From Octopus vulgaris (Eukaryota): a stretch of DNA of 64,000 nucleotides. The DNA is taken from positions 25,358,001-25,422,000 of the forward strand of contig OX597814.1 in assembly GCA_951406725.2 (NCBI GenBank). The letters run 5' to 3'. Shown one piece after another: positions 24,834-37,529 of this stretch (position 1 is its first letter; each line of letters starts with the position of its first letter). Below the pieces are notes generated by a model. The model worked only from the letters and a program-made list of their open reading frames with translations, had not been told where the DNA came from and did no database searches. The translations under genes and the position numbers were made by a program.

Positions 24834-25470
24834 TCACACACACGCGCACGCATGCACACACACACACACATAGCACATACACACAACACACATACATAGT
24901 ACACACACACTTGCAAATATATATACATGCACGTACATACACTTCCACATACACACCCCTTCACACATCTTTCAAACTGCCGCTCACTCACTATTAACCA
25001 CTCCGTCTACGCACACACAAACACACAAACACACCCACCCATTCACACACCTTTCACTATAGTTGACTTATGATTGACCTTTCAGAGCGGCATATACACC
25101 CACACATAGACACACACAAACACACACAGAGTTGCTACGGCACACACACAGTTACTACAACACGCGCACACACACGCTACCATACATACACATGCTACTA
25201 TACACACACACACACCAACCACTTTCACACTATCCTGTCCCAGAAACGGCTTCCTCTTTCTCTTTCCACTTCTGGTCACTTCAGAAATGTAACTGCACGT
25301 TGACTGATGGCGATTTTTCCTTCTTTCTCTTTGGACTCTCCGGTTTCTGACGAAGAGCTATGCTCGAAATGTTATCAACAACTCTCTCCCTTCATCAAGC
25401 GTCAAATTACTATATCTCTTGTTTTCTTTTTTCATTGTTTTTTAATTTGCTTGTTTACTTGAATTCATTA
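24000..25470 (+). mobile_element. Penelope-derived unit 1: GIY-YIG C-terminal remnant, (CA)-rich spacer, hammerhead pLTR
   Basis: NTPVACHFR..GHSTSYLTISGL at 24000-24080, an AT-rich stretch and about 0.8 kb of ACAC-rich DNA, then the ribozyme fold at 25342-25408. Confidence 0.55.
25342..25408 (+). ncRNA. Type I hammerhead ribozyme candidate (best-preserved copy)
   Basis: Stem I GGTTT/AAATT; core CTGACGA plus an extra A; stem II GAGC/GCTC; GAAA; stem III TGTT/AGCG with G.U pairs; GTC cleavage triplet at 25401-25403. Confidence 0.65.
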
Positions 25471-25519
25471 TACATGTGTGTCTGTGTGTATCTCTCTCTC
25501 TCTCTCTCTCCTTTCCTTC

Positions 25520-26670
25520 GGCCCACTAAATTTATGTTCACTTTTGATATCAAAAGTTTATATACAGTGATCCAAAGCAAAGAAGGACTTCTTGTTGTGC
25601 TCAAACACTTTCTATCACATCACCGACTCCATTACCTGCACTTCTAGTAATGTCGTTTACTGCATCTTCTGCTTTCTCTTTCCTTCCCCGTACAGCGGTC
25701 AAGCAGGACGCCGCTTGGCTGACCGGTTCGCGTAGCACTTCTGAGACACCAGACTTGACAATGATACCCCGGTCTCGCGCCATTTCTGCTCTATCGGTCA
25801 TTCACTGTTTGCGTTCGGACTGTCTTTGCACAAGGGCTATCCGGAATCCCGCCTTCGCTGTGAACAAGAATTAATCTTCTCTTCGCCCCTTTGAGTCACA
25901 TAGGCTCAAATCCTCTTTTCACCTGACACTAACCTCATCTCCTCTCTTCATTTAAAACCAACCCCACACCACACCACATACACTAGCACTGACCACCTCT
26001 CAGCACCCACACCACGCACCATCATCCATACACACACACACACAATCTTCGATAGCGTCAGCACACATACCACTATATGAGCAGCCAAACACACTGTTTA
26101 ACTCAGTACACACACCACACACCATCATGAACAGCCCCACACCAACACAAGTAGATAATACCTGAACACAGACAATATATACATACACATGCAAAATGCA
26201 TTAACACACGCAACGTAGATAGACAAAGATAACTTTCACCCACATACAGACACCATATACACACACTGTTTGGTCACAGACACGCGCGCGCATTACACAC
26301 GCACATATGTCACTTGCCCCTATTCACACGTACACACTCACTCACACCATTTTCACATACACACATACACATGACCACTTTCACTTGTTGCAATCACTAG
26401 CACTATCATTATCTCGTCTTCATTCAAACTCTTTTTTTATTATTATCTCCCTTTTTTCATCCTCTTATTCCAATCCCTTGCTATGTTGGACTGTTGAACT
26501 CTACACGTGTTTTTCATTCTCTCTCTGTTTATTTCCTCTTATTCCTTTCTGTTGAAGAGCATAGGCTCGAAACGTAAGAGACAATTACATTTTCTCAAGC
26601 GTCAAACTAATACACTTGCTTGTTGTTCATACACCTGTCTTCATCTTTTGAGTTTCTATAAATTTTAGCT
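25520..26670 (+). mobile_element. Penelope-derived unit 2: RT motif fused to GIY-YIG, (CA)-rich spacer, hammerhead pLTR
   Basis: FTFDIKSLYTVIQSKEGLLVVLKHFL (RT) joined to ITDSITCTSSNVVYCIFC..PYSGQAGRRLADRFA*H..NDTPVSRHF..GHS (GIY-YIG); fold at 26546-26606. Confidence 0.75.
26546..26606 (+). ncRNA. Type I hammerhead-like motif (CUGUUGA variant core)
   Basis: TTT-CTGTTGA-A-GAGC(ATAG)GCTC-GAAA-CGT...GCG-TC-AAA. Confidence 0.55.
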
Positions 26671-26747
26671 ATATATATATATATATTTACATAGTTATAT
26701 ATACATACCTGCTTGTATGTATGTATGTATGTATGTATGTATGTATG

Positions 26748-26791
<44 letters not shown>

Positions 26792-26948
26792 ATGATTCCT
26801 GTCAGTGTATATGTTTTCCTTCAAGTGCATTAGAGCGGTTTAGCTCTTATTTCTAGCAATGTAGTTATTTCCTAACACCCTAGACACATTTAGAGACATT
26901 TAAAATTCTCCTTTTTGGTAAAACCTTGCAGACTGCTGTTTATATTAA

Positions 26949-26979
<31 letters not shown>

Positions 26980-26984
<5 letters not shown>

Positions 26985-27137
26985 CGGGCTTCTTTCCTTT
27001 TCCGTCTGCCAAATCGATCCACAAGGCTTTGGTCGGCCCGTGGTTATAGTAGAAGACATTTACCCAAAGAGTGCAGTGATACTAAGCTCAGAACCATGTG
27101 TTTGGGAAGCAAGCTTCTTACTACACAACATGTGCCT
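26980..27137 (-). mobile_element. SINE family A, 5' part, diverged
   Basis: gacgggcttctttc...caaggctttggtcggccc...tatagtagaagaca. Confidence 0.7.
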
Positions 27138-28454
27138 ATACACACACACACACACACACACACCTGCGCACGTGCACACACATACATACATTAATTATTA
27201 ATCGATGACAAGGGAACAGGAAATTATGTAATGAACTTCACTAGCTTATAGCTATAAGATGCAAAGCACTCAGAACATAGAGCTGAGTGCTTTTGCATCA
27301 CGTAATAGCTTCATCGGAGCTCCTAAAATGCACTGCAAGTTTATTTGGGAAAGCATTTATATATATATAGGAAAGATCACTGTCGAAAATATAAAAGTAC
27401 AAAGAAATGGAGTATAGGGTTTGAGATATAGAAACCATTCCCATAAATATGTAGATTTAAATAATTTTGTGTGTGTGTGTGTATTTATGTATATACGTAT
27501 ATAATATATATATATGTATGTATGTAAGTGTGTATGTATATAGATAGGTGCAGGATGGAGCCCTCTCTAAATAACTTTTCATAGGCATACACAAAAGATG
27601 AGCAGAATACATATGTTAATACACATTGTACATATAACTGGCAGTAAAAACCCAGACAGAAAAAAAACCAGATAGATGGTGAAGGAAATTAAATTCAAGA
27701 GAGAGAAAAAAAGTAAGTAAGAAAGAGAAATAAAAAAAGAAATAAAGAAAAGGCCTGTTCAGGTCATAAAACTGTTCACAAGAATTAATTTCAAATAGAC
27801 ATTTAACAGAGTAGTATGACTGCGAACATATATATATGGTGATTAAAAGGTGTAACGTCGTGAAACATCAAATGGATGTACTAGGAAAGATCTAGGCTGC
27901 ATCTTAATGGAAGCAGGAGAAGCAGTCTCTGATTGGCAGAGCAGAGGTTCATTCTAAAAACAAATCATGTGATCAGGCACTTTCCTACATGCAAAAAGTT
28001 AAATTAGCAGATGTTGTGCCAATGAGTGCAAATTGTAGTCATATCCCACTTTTACCTAAAGAACGATGCTCACACAGCCAACATGCATAAAGAATAACCT
28101 TCCCATTCTTCTGATTTCACTCTAGTTCTGCATCCCACAAAACTAGACAAGAGTCTATGTGTTTCTAGAACCTAAATCGATTATATGCTGACTATCACCA
28201 TGTTTGAAGTGTTATCAATATGACTAGTAGTAATATTTGGTATTAAACTGACAATAACATTCCAACCAATTATATGACATAACCAGTAATGTATCATCTG
28301 ACAATATATAAATATACATATTACTATTACTTAAATCGAATGTACTTTTATTTCTGACTTATGGACAACTGATTATACATACATGCATACATACATACAT
28401 ACATACATACATACATACATACATACATACATACATACATACATACATACACAC

Positions 28455-28610
28455 ATGGTAGTTGTCTACTCCTTATGCAGAGTCTGACCACCTCGAGCAC
28501 TTACACCTTAGATCCGTCATGGCATCTGATGTGGCTTTTTAAACCAGACAATGTATTCAAAAGACACCCACATAGATTGCATATCTGATTTGGACCACCA
28601 AGAGCTGCAT
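28455..28610 (-). mobile_element. RTE 3' end (C2H2-like motif) inside (ATAC)n
   Basis: QICNLCGCLLNTLSGLKSHIRCH* followed by a short UTR; flanked by (TACA)n. Confidence 0.55.
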
Positions 28611-28649
28611 ACATACATACATGCATACATACACAAATACATATTGAGA

Positions 28650-28970
28650 CTGATATATCCAAACAATACTTGAAAATTAAATTAGCCATCAAGTTAAAAC
28701 ATAACCGACCAGATATTGTTGTGTGACACAACATGAAAAATATATCCTCTGTTACAGAAATCTGTTGCCCTCTAGACACCAATGTGATCAGAAAAATACA
28801 GAAGAGGACATCAGATGTTTGCAAATCCAGTACCCAAAATGCATCTTTAGCTTCATACTTATTATTATTGGAGCTACCAGCCCAACCAGAGTAAAGTTTG
28901 GAGAGAGAATGCAACCTCTTAATCCATACCTACAAATAAACAGTATCTGGGACTAAAAAGTCTGCAAGAT
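28650..28970 (+). mobile_element. R4/Dong/NeSL-type RLE domain fragment
   Basis: IKLKHNRPDIVV*..VTEICCPLDTNVIRKIQ..IRCLQIQYPKCIFSFILIIIGA matches HNRPDIVVW..EISCP.D.N..IIVGA. Confidence 0.7.
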
Positions 28971-30738
28971 CAAGAGGTTGATGAGCAAAAGATGCTTTCC
29001 TTCACAAATTTGCTACCAAGCAGATGGTAGGTCAAAATTAACTCTAAATTTAAAAAAAAATGTGTGTGTGCGTGTGTGTGTGTGGATGTGCACATTTGGG
29101 TGTTTGAGAAAGTGTATGAAGTTCTTACTTTCATGTAAGCTTACCTGAGTTAGAACTTACAAAGTGACTTATAGAACTAAAATACTGCAGATTTTAACTT
29201 CAGCCAGTATAATGTGGGTGGCAGTGAAGACTGTTTGATAATATCTACTACTTCAATTCTTTGGCCAGTATAGTTGATATTGTTTTTTACAGGACAAGCT
29301 ACAATCGGTAAATGATGACTCATATCTTTTTTACAACGCTGTGCACTGGAACAGAAAGTTAATTAATCATCTTGATGTTTATGTTTTCTTCAATTAATTG
29401 CTTTCCAAATGAAACACATTGTTCATTTTCTAACATTCAGCATTATAAAAGAAATTAGGAAGTGTTACAATAACTTTAATGTCAATATTTTCTGGTAGCG
29501 CCAAAAGAAAGAAAAAAACCAAACTACTCAAGAAACAATTGAAAGAACAAAAGGAGACCAATATTTTCTAGTTGGCACATGGTAGATAGTAGTAGAGTAA
29601 AAATGTATCATTTTACAATATCTTGTACAATTTTTTTCTATTGTAAATCCTACCAAAATCAAATAAATCTTTGCATCCCTACAGGGGATCTATAGAGTTA
29701 ACATTATTAATATACTAACAAAATGTCTACTTTCCTTATTAAATGGTTCAAACAATGAATAAAGGTTAAAAATACTATCAACTATTTTACTAATAAATGT
29801 AGGTATACGTATTGGCATAGCCTTTATCCCTGCACATATGTTATGTGCAGGAATAAGGTTATGATGTTTACTTCGAACTATGGGGTCCCGGTTTTGATCA
29901 CACTGCCCACTTTTTGTTGTGTGTGCATGTGCATGTGTATATATGCGTGTGTGTGTGTTTATGTGTGTATGGGTTGGTGTGTATATCTATATGTATATAA
30001 GTTCACAATCTAATGATTGAATAGGCAAAGATATTGCAAATAACTCAATGCATTATACAAATAAATACAAAGTACAATCTATGCACATGTGCACACACCT
30101 ATGCAAATATATAAGATACACACAGATATATTACATATATATATATATATATATACATATATTTTATGAGTGGCTAAGTCACAATTTTGCAACAGTGTAT
30201 ATATTTCTGCTTTTAGGTTGTAAAATTGCGAATTAGCCACCCATATTATTCATATACACACATATAACCCTTGGGTTTCATAGTCTTGTAAGCTGTATGT
30301 TGATCTCACTAGTACTGGTGTCTGAAAAAGCACCCAGTAAATGCTGTAAAGTGGTTGGAATTAAGAAAGACGTCCACCCCTACAACCATGCTAAGGTATA
30401 CACTAGAATATAATGCTGTTTTAGACCAATCAGATCCTGTTGATCTGTTCAACCCATGCCAGTATAGAACATGGATGTTTGATGGTGGTGGTGGTGGTGG
30501 TGGTGCTTCTGTATAGTGTTGTGACTTGGTATGTTGTCTTACTACCATTTATGCCAAAATGTAAAGTTTACTAATTTAATAAATATCAATAAAACAAGTG
30601 CCACACTTAAATGAATAGTTTATATGATCAACCAAAGTCCTTGATGACAGTGCTCAAAATGTTCAAAATCAGTAAAAGAATATAAGAATATTTCTAGCCC
30701 TCGAAACACAATGTCAGAAAGAGATATTTGCTGTTTAA

Positions 30739-30959
30739 CCCTTTAGTGTTTGCATTATTCTGCCAAAATTAATGCTTTTTTATCCACATTGTTTTGAACC
30801 AATCATGCATTATCTTGTAGCTATGAGATTTTGATGAGGTAGCTGTTAATTTTTAAGATGATATTGTAGGGTTGGTGTGAGAGACCAGATATGGCCAGTT
30901 TGAACATAAAACAAGCAAAATACTTTTGGCCGGATATGGCCGGTTTAAACGCTAAAGGG
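30739..30959. mobile_element. piggyBac-type MITE (221 bp)
   Basis: TTAA|CCCTTTAGTGTTT ... AAACGCTAAAGGG|TTAA: TTAA TSD and 13-bp TIR with one mismatch. Confidence 0.85.
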
Positions 30960-32573
30960 TTAAGGCTTATGAACTACTTTCTACTGTCTTCCCTTGATTT
31001 TGTAATTTGAAAACAGATCCCTTTCCCACCGTTATATAAAATCTTAGTAAGAGTAAAATGCTTCTTCCTCGCTGTCGCTTTTACATGTAATAAATATATA
31101 TAACATACAAAACACAACATGTCAAGTTAAGATGAAACAAATGTTTGCTGTGTATGTAACATAAATCTGACAGATTGTAATATTCTTCATTCCGAAATTA
31201 GTAATTATTAATTGTTCATACATTATTAATTTACTTCAAGTATCTCTAAAGCATCACTAATGATGCAAAATTACTTAAGCAGAACAAAAATAATGTCCAT
31301 CAGTGTAATATTATAGAAAATCCATCACGTGTCTATCCTTTATCATTGTAGCTGAAGTGGATAAAAATCAATTTAGATGTTATATTTTAACAACGATAAT
31401 GAATTATAAATTAAAATTGTTATTACTAATTAGAAAGAAAGAAAGCTATTAATATAGATCTGATATAGATCCATAATGGCAGATCTAGGTAGTTAGAAAT
31501 AAGTATAAATTCCAGTGAAAACAATTTAAGTATTTTACGTTAATATCTCTTAGTAACTGAAATGATGGAATTAAATGTTTTTTTTCTGATATCAAACTAT
31601 CAACCAAGGAAACCTCTCTTGTTATAAGGGTATACATTGAAAAGAAGCCTTATATATAACTCGCTCAGTATGATAGACTACAGTTTTAGAAAAACTAATG
31701 TCGGTGTTCCAGTCACTTAGCCCCACAGTTATTTTTACGTCTTTTTGCACAGAGTGCTTATTTATATTACAATGCAAGCTGTGAACATTAGCATCTGCAA
31801 TTACTGATTTCCAAGGGATCAATCACATATTCACACATTTTCAATAGTGAGAATAATCAAAGATCATTGGTTCAAACTCAGCAGCACAAATACCATGGGG
31901 GTATTTTTGCTTTGTAACATAGGTGTATTGTTTTCCTCATCACTGTTTTCTATTTTTTGCCAACATATATCATCAGCAGATAAACATGCATTCAGCACCA
32001 CAGTTCTCACAATGGCAGCAGACAATGTGACAACCATACTTCAGCTGATCAAGTTTAATGAAGCACAAGCAATCAGAGTTGTCTTCCTTGTTTTCTCGGC
32101 CACATCCTCATACTAAGTTACTGCTTACCTAGATTGGTTATGGACTACATCTTACATATATATATAAAATAAAATTCGAAACCTAGTTATGACCGTAAAA
32201 AAAAATAACAAGGTAAAAGTTTTTATTTTTCATTCCCTTTGAAATTGCACTTAAATGTGATTTTGGTCACAGAGTAGATAAAACAGGGGATAACTGATGA
32301 AGGGAATATTCTTTATGCTGCTTGTCTTGTTTCTCTGGTTGTTTTTTTGTTGTTCAAAAAATAGTTCGTCTTCTATGTTTTTGTTTTTTATATTCTAGTT
32401 TCTCATTGTGTCTACATTTTTTTGATGTCCTGCACCCATATGTACATGTATATATACATATATATGTAGGTATGTACATGTATGTAAGTATATATGCATA
32501 TATTTATATATTATTTATATTATTATATAATTAACTGCCATGCATCCTTTTCCAAGTAAGTTTTATCTATCTA

Positions 32574-32576
<3 letters not shown>

Positions 32577-32670
<94 letters not shown>
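32577..32670. repeat. (TA)n microsatellite
   Basis: Direct reading. Confidence 0.95.
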
Positions 32671-33917
32671 CACGAAGTAATATAAAATATGGATTCAGCA
32701 AATTGTACATCTATCACAATAAAATTCTTCTATGGATTTGGCTATTAGTCTTCGTAATAATCAATTACAAAGTTTTGCAATGTAAAGTGTCTGTGTAACT
32801 AAAAATCCAGAAAATCCAAATGATACATTATTCAGTGTGAACTTAACTGCACTGTATCAATCCTTGATGTATCTATCCCCAAATAATCATGTTCCTAAAA
32901 TCCCCTGCCTCCACCTATGTTCACTACACACTGCATTTCTCTTCTCTCTATCTCTCACTCTCCTGTTGCACTCTTGAGAAATTATCTGCTCTCTTACCCA
33001 GTCCAATCCTCTGTATTATTTCACTTATATTCATGTCCCTGTAACTTGAGGGTACACCTCAGAACATCTTTACCATCAACTTCTCTCTCTTTGCCTCTCG
33101 TTTTCTCTCTCTACTTCTCTCTCTTTTCCAAATGGAGAAGCCATGTGACTTCTCTGCAATAAGACAGTTGTTTCTGTTCTTTTATCATACTTTAACCTCT
33201 CATCACCTCAATTCTACTCCCCACTCAACTGAGAGCTCTTATCTAACTAGTTCCTAGGGGACATCACTGGCGTTGGTGCCACATAAAAAGCACCCAGTGC
33301 ATTCTGTAAAGTGGTCGACATTAGAAAGTGCATTCAACCATAGAAACCATACCAAAGTAGGATGTAGAGTTTGGCATAGTTTTCTGGCTTACTATTTTTT
33401 TGGCAAATTGTCCATCCCATGGCAACATTTAATGAACACTAAATGATAATGATGATGATGAGGAGAATGGTAATGATGATGGTAATGATGAGCTGTAAAA
33501 CTTCAACCTTAGTACTTTTCAAAACCAGTCGATCCTTCAGAATATGAACCTTGACAACTTTATCATCAAAGGTGTACTGTAAAAGATGAACTGATTATTA
33601 AAAAAAATTTCAATGATAGAAATCATAAAATACTTGACAATTCCATTATCAAGATATTTAATTGCTTTTCATAGAGGCATAGAGATTATTAATAAAAGAG
33701 TGATAATGTTATGATTACTGAGAGGATTCATATGTTTACTTTATGATTATTGTATAAAAGAGTCTAGCATTTGTCAGTACCAGCAGATGAAATTGAAATA
33801 TCAAACAAAATACTCTTGACCCAAATTCTACTAGTAATCTAATTAATAAAAGATTTCATGGAACTTTGTTTTATATGGGGAGAAATTGCTTTATTGTCAT
33901 TTCAGATTTAATTGATA

Positions 33918-33980
<63 letters not shown>

Positions 33981-34082
33981 AACAATAATGATGACGATGA
34001 TGATGATGATGGTGACGATGACAATGATGATAATAATAACAATAATAATAATAATAATGATGATAATGATGTTGATGATGAT
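33918..34082. repeat. Compound (AAT)n/(GAT)n microsatellite
   Basis: Direct reading. Confidence 0.95.
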
Positions 34083-35421
34083 ACAATAATTGTATAGTAC
34101 ATGCTGTGGAATTTTTTTTTAAATATCAATTCTGAAACAACTCTTAAAATTTATGCACTTTAATATAAACTACAGAAATTTAGACAACAATGAGAAATTA
34201 TTTTGTGTTCAAGTGCATTATGAGAAAAATAAAAAAATAAATACCAAAAAAGAATGAAAATGTTTATTTCTACCAGAATATTATCTTGTTAAGAAAATTT
34301 ACCTTTTTAGAGAATTGATAGAAAGGTATTTTTCCATTTTCTGAACAGTACTCATTTCTTTGAGGAGTATTTTTCTACTTACTGAGTCTTTAAATATGAT
34401 AATTATTTTCTATTGTATGGTAAAACTGTAAAGGCAAATCTAAACTAAAATAAAATTTCAAAAAGATCTTCTTACAATGTAAAGTTTAGAAAAATAGCTT
34501 CTATTCAATAGGAGTCTCAAGTTTCATTACAATAAATTTATTTTTATTGTTTAGAGAGAGAGAGAAACAGTCTAGAGAGCCATCTCAGTAATATTTGTAC
34601 TAAATCACTTTTAATAAAATATATCCAATAACAAAAGTACAATTCCAAAGACGATTGAATATATTTTCATTTAACACTAAATTGAAATAAATGTATTATT
34701 AAATGACAGTTAAGTTTATATCTAAATTTATAGTTAACAAGTAACATATTTCAGTTTGATTTTCCTTGTGGTTCTGAAGTCTGTTGAATGATATTAACCC
34801 TAAAATCTTTCCTAATATATACAATCTACTTCCTTCTAAATTCAAATTACTGGGAAACAGGTTTATAAAATCCTGAAGAAATTCTATTTGAATTAATGGA
34901 ATTGTTAGCTGATGACATGAACTCTTTAATTCGTGGCAATCTTTTCACTGAAACTAAGAAATATGAGTTGATGTGGAAATTCAGTGATGTTGTATAACTT
35001 GTAAATTGTTGTACTGCACTGACAGCCTAGTAACAAATGGCTCAGTGATAATCAATGAGAGCATAAGGCTGGGCTTCATGTTAAATCTGTGCATTGGTAG
35101 CTCTGAGAAAAATAATCTAAAGTGAAGAAAATCTATAAATACAAAATATAAACTGCTGAATAAAGCCTGTGAATATATTATCCTTTCATAATATGTGAGC
35201 GTTTCACAGTTTTCTTTATTCAGCATCAAGTATTTTCAGGTATTATTCTATATTATAAATGCTGCATTGAGTCATCACCCATTACTCAAGACCCTGGCAT
35301 TCTATTTGTAAATGGTGGCACATTCAACCAAAAAGTTGGTTTAGTGAATTGAATGAAATCAATGGAAATTCCTTATCTCTACAGCCTGTTGCAATGTGAT
35401 GGCATCCATGCAATCTGTTTG

Positions 35422-35522
35422 TCAACAGTTCTCAGCCTTTGCTTTTATTATCCTCATAGTACTATTTAAATGCTTCAAAATTGTGGTGACTCCTTTAATA
35501 ACAGCCTCCATGACCTCAGGCT
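35422..35522 (-). CDS. Candidate last coding exon of an unidentified host gene (xPEVMEAVIKGVTTILKHLNSTMRIIKAKAENC*)
   Basis: Strong acceptor cctttcgtttacctttttcttttcag, amphipathic-helix-like 33-aa frame ending TGA, unique TE-poor sequence downstream with AATAAA on minus (e.g. near 35215). Confidence 0.5.
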
Positions 35523-37529
35523 CTGAAAAGAAAAAGGTAAACGAAAGGAAATATAATATAATAAACTCACATGTACAAAAGAGAAAAAGCAAATTCATGG
35601 TTGGTTTATTTGTTGGATCAACTAACAGATTTTCTTTATCCTGAGCCATAACTAAACCACTTGGGAACTTAGACCATCAGTAATAGGATTCTACCCAGCA
35701 ATTGATAACCCATTTTATCATTCTTTAGTTTACAATTCTTTTCTGCATGTCATGCATAAAGTTCCTATGACCACAATAATTTCTCTGAAACTAACTGGCG
35801 ATAATGTGATAGTGATCTGACTGTAACCATGGTAACTAACTGACTATTGATGCTATTATAACAGAAAATGCTTCTGAATGGCTGAAGTGCAGAGAATTTA
35901 GATCAGGAGCAACAGGTGCACTAAAGAGGTTTAATATAACAGAAAAACTATATTGATTTCTTTCATAGACACCAATACCTGCGATTTGAAAGGATGAAGA
36001 AATTTTGTGGCCCTCATACTTTACTCAAAAGTAATCAGAGCCAGGAATCAAAACCAGGTAGTATACTTGATTCTCTCAGAAGTTTATTTAATCCTGAATG
36101 GGTAGACTGTTCTTGGTAGAACCAGTTGCAAATACAAATATATCAGTAGATCCCAGATTATTTCTCAGATTAAGTAATATAAAATTTACAAGCGACTTAT
36201 ATAAAGGATATTTTAAAAATTTAATTAGTAACCAGTCCTCTTATAGCCTAATTGACTCCATTACACACCATCTAAGTTTTCTCTGATTTTGCATTTTATT
36301 CTTTAAAATCACATCTTGTAAAAGTTCATTTAATGGATCAGTCCTTTAAATGTGGTAATAGCTTTAACTGCTTAGAGGACTTCCAAGACTGATGGGAGAA
36401 GGGAGGAAGATCCTGATATTCTTAGAACAGTATCTTGTTTCAAATGTTTGCAACAGACCAGATTCCACTAAAAGTCCCCAAAGATCAAGTGGTAGTATAA
36501 AGAGATTTAGAAAGATTGAGTAAATTCTGTTAGCACTTTATTGAATATTATTTCCTCTGCTTGATAAGTTATACATTTTCAAAGTGAACCTAGAATTGAA
36601 CTGCCCCCAGTAACATAAAATGCTCATATAAGTTTGTTCTTAGCTAGCTTCTACTAGCATCTATGGACATTTATAAACACATAAATTATAATTCTTTATT
36701 TGATAAATCCCAAGACTATCAGAGGTTGTATTCTGAGAAATTGTGCGACCTGTTCCAGATATCTAGTTGAACTGATATATGTGTAATTAGGTGAATTGCC
36801 CTAAATATCAACAGAATATTTGTAATTGATTCATATTGAAAACCTATAAGGTTGCAGTTCAATATTGTATTCCTTTTTCCATTTCATCTGTTTTATGATA
36901 GGCTAGATAGGAGGATACATATGTAACTGTCTGAACACTGATATGTATATGTGTGTGTACTCATGGCCACTTAACACTTAACTGTTTTTTTCATTACAAG
37001 TATAGTAAATACCATGGAAGACCTTGCAGAATACTTCTAAGAACTTGACAACGAGAACTCTGGCTCGGATGAGTTTAATAGAGCAATTTACATTCCATTA
37101 TTAAGTAATTCTAAGCTGAAAACATTGGGGAAAGGACAAATTCACAGAAGCTTCACAAATATCCACAGGGTAACTGGAAGTAGCAGCTAAGATCTACAAT
37201 ATGAGACAAAATGGCAAAAGTATAACAGGACTAATACTATCTGGATTCACAATACTAGTTCCCTGCAACAATAGAAGACAGTCTTTCTTCAAGATTTGGA
37301 TTACAAATGAAAAATAAAGCCAACTCGATTTTCAAAATTCAATGAAAACTCAGTGCGGTTTAGTAATGCATCAACAATGGAAAACAAAGAAGTGGCAATG
37401 AAAGAATTTACCTGCTTAGCAGGTGAATATGTGATTGGAGATTATGAGCCTCAAGTACTAGTAGGTGACTACCCAGTGCAAGTCCAGTTGACTTGAAGTG
37501 CTTTACAGTATGAGGGTGGGGGACATAGT

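Noticed and set aside
24179-25350. His/Thr-rich and Cys/Val-rich ORFs up to 177 aa
   Set aside because: Artefacts of (CA)n low-complexity DNA, open in several frames on both strands.
28501-28914. C2H2 zinc-finger host gene
   Set aside because: The single finger is the C-terminal motif of an RTE ORF, and the rest of the ORF is antisense to an RLE-LINE fragment.
33871-34129. Poly-N/D, poly-Y/H and poly-L/S ORFs
   Set aside because: Trinucleotide microsatellite.
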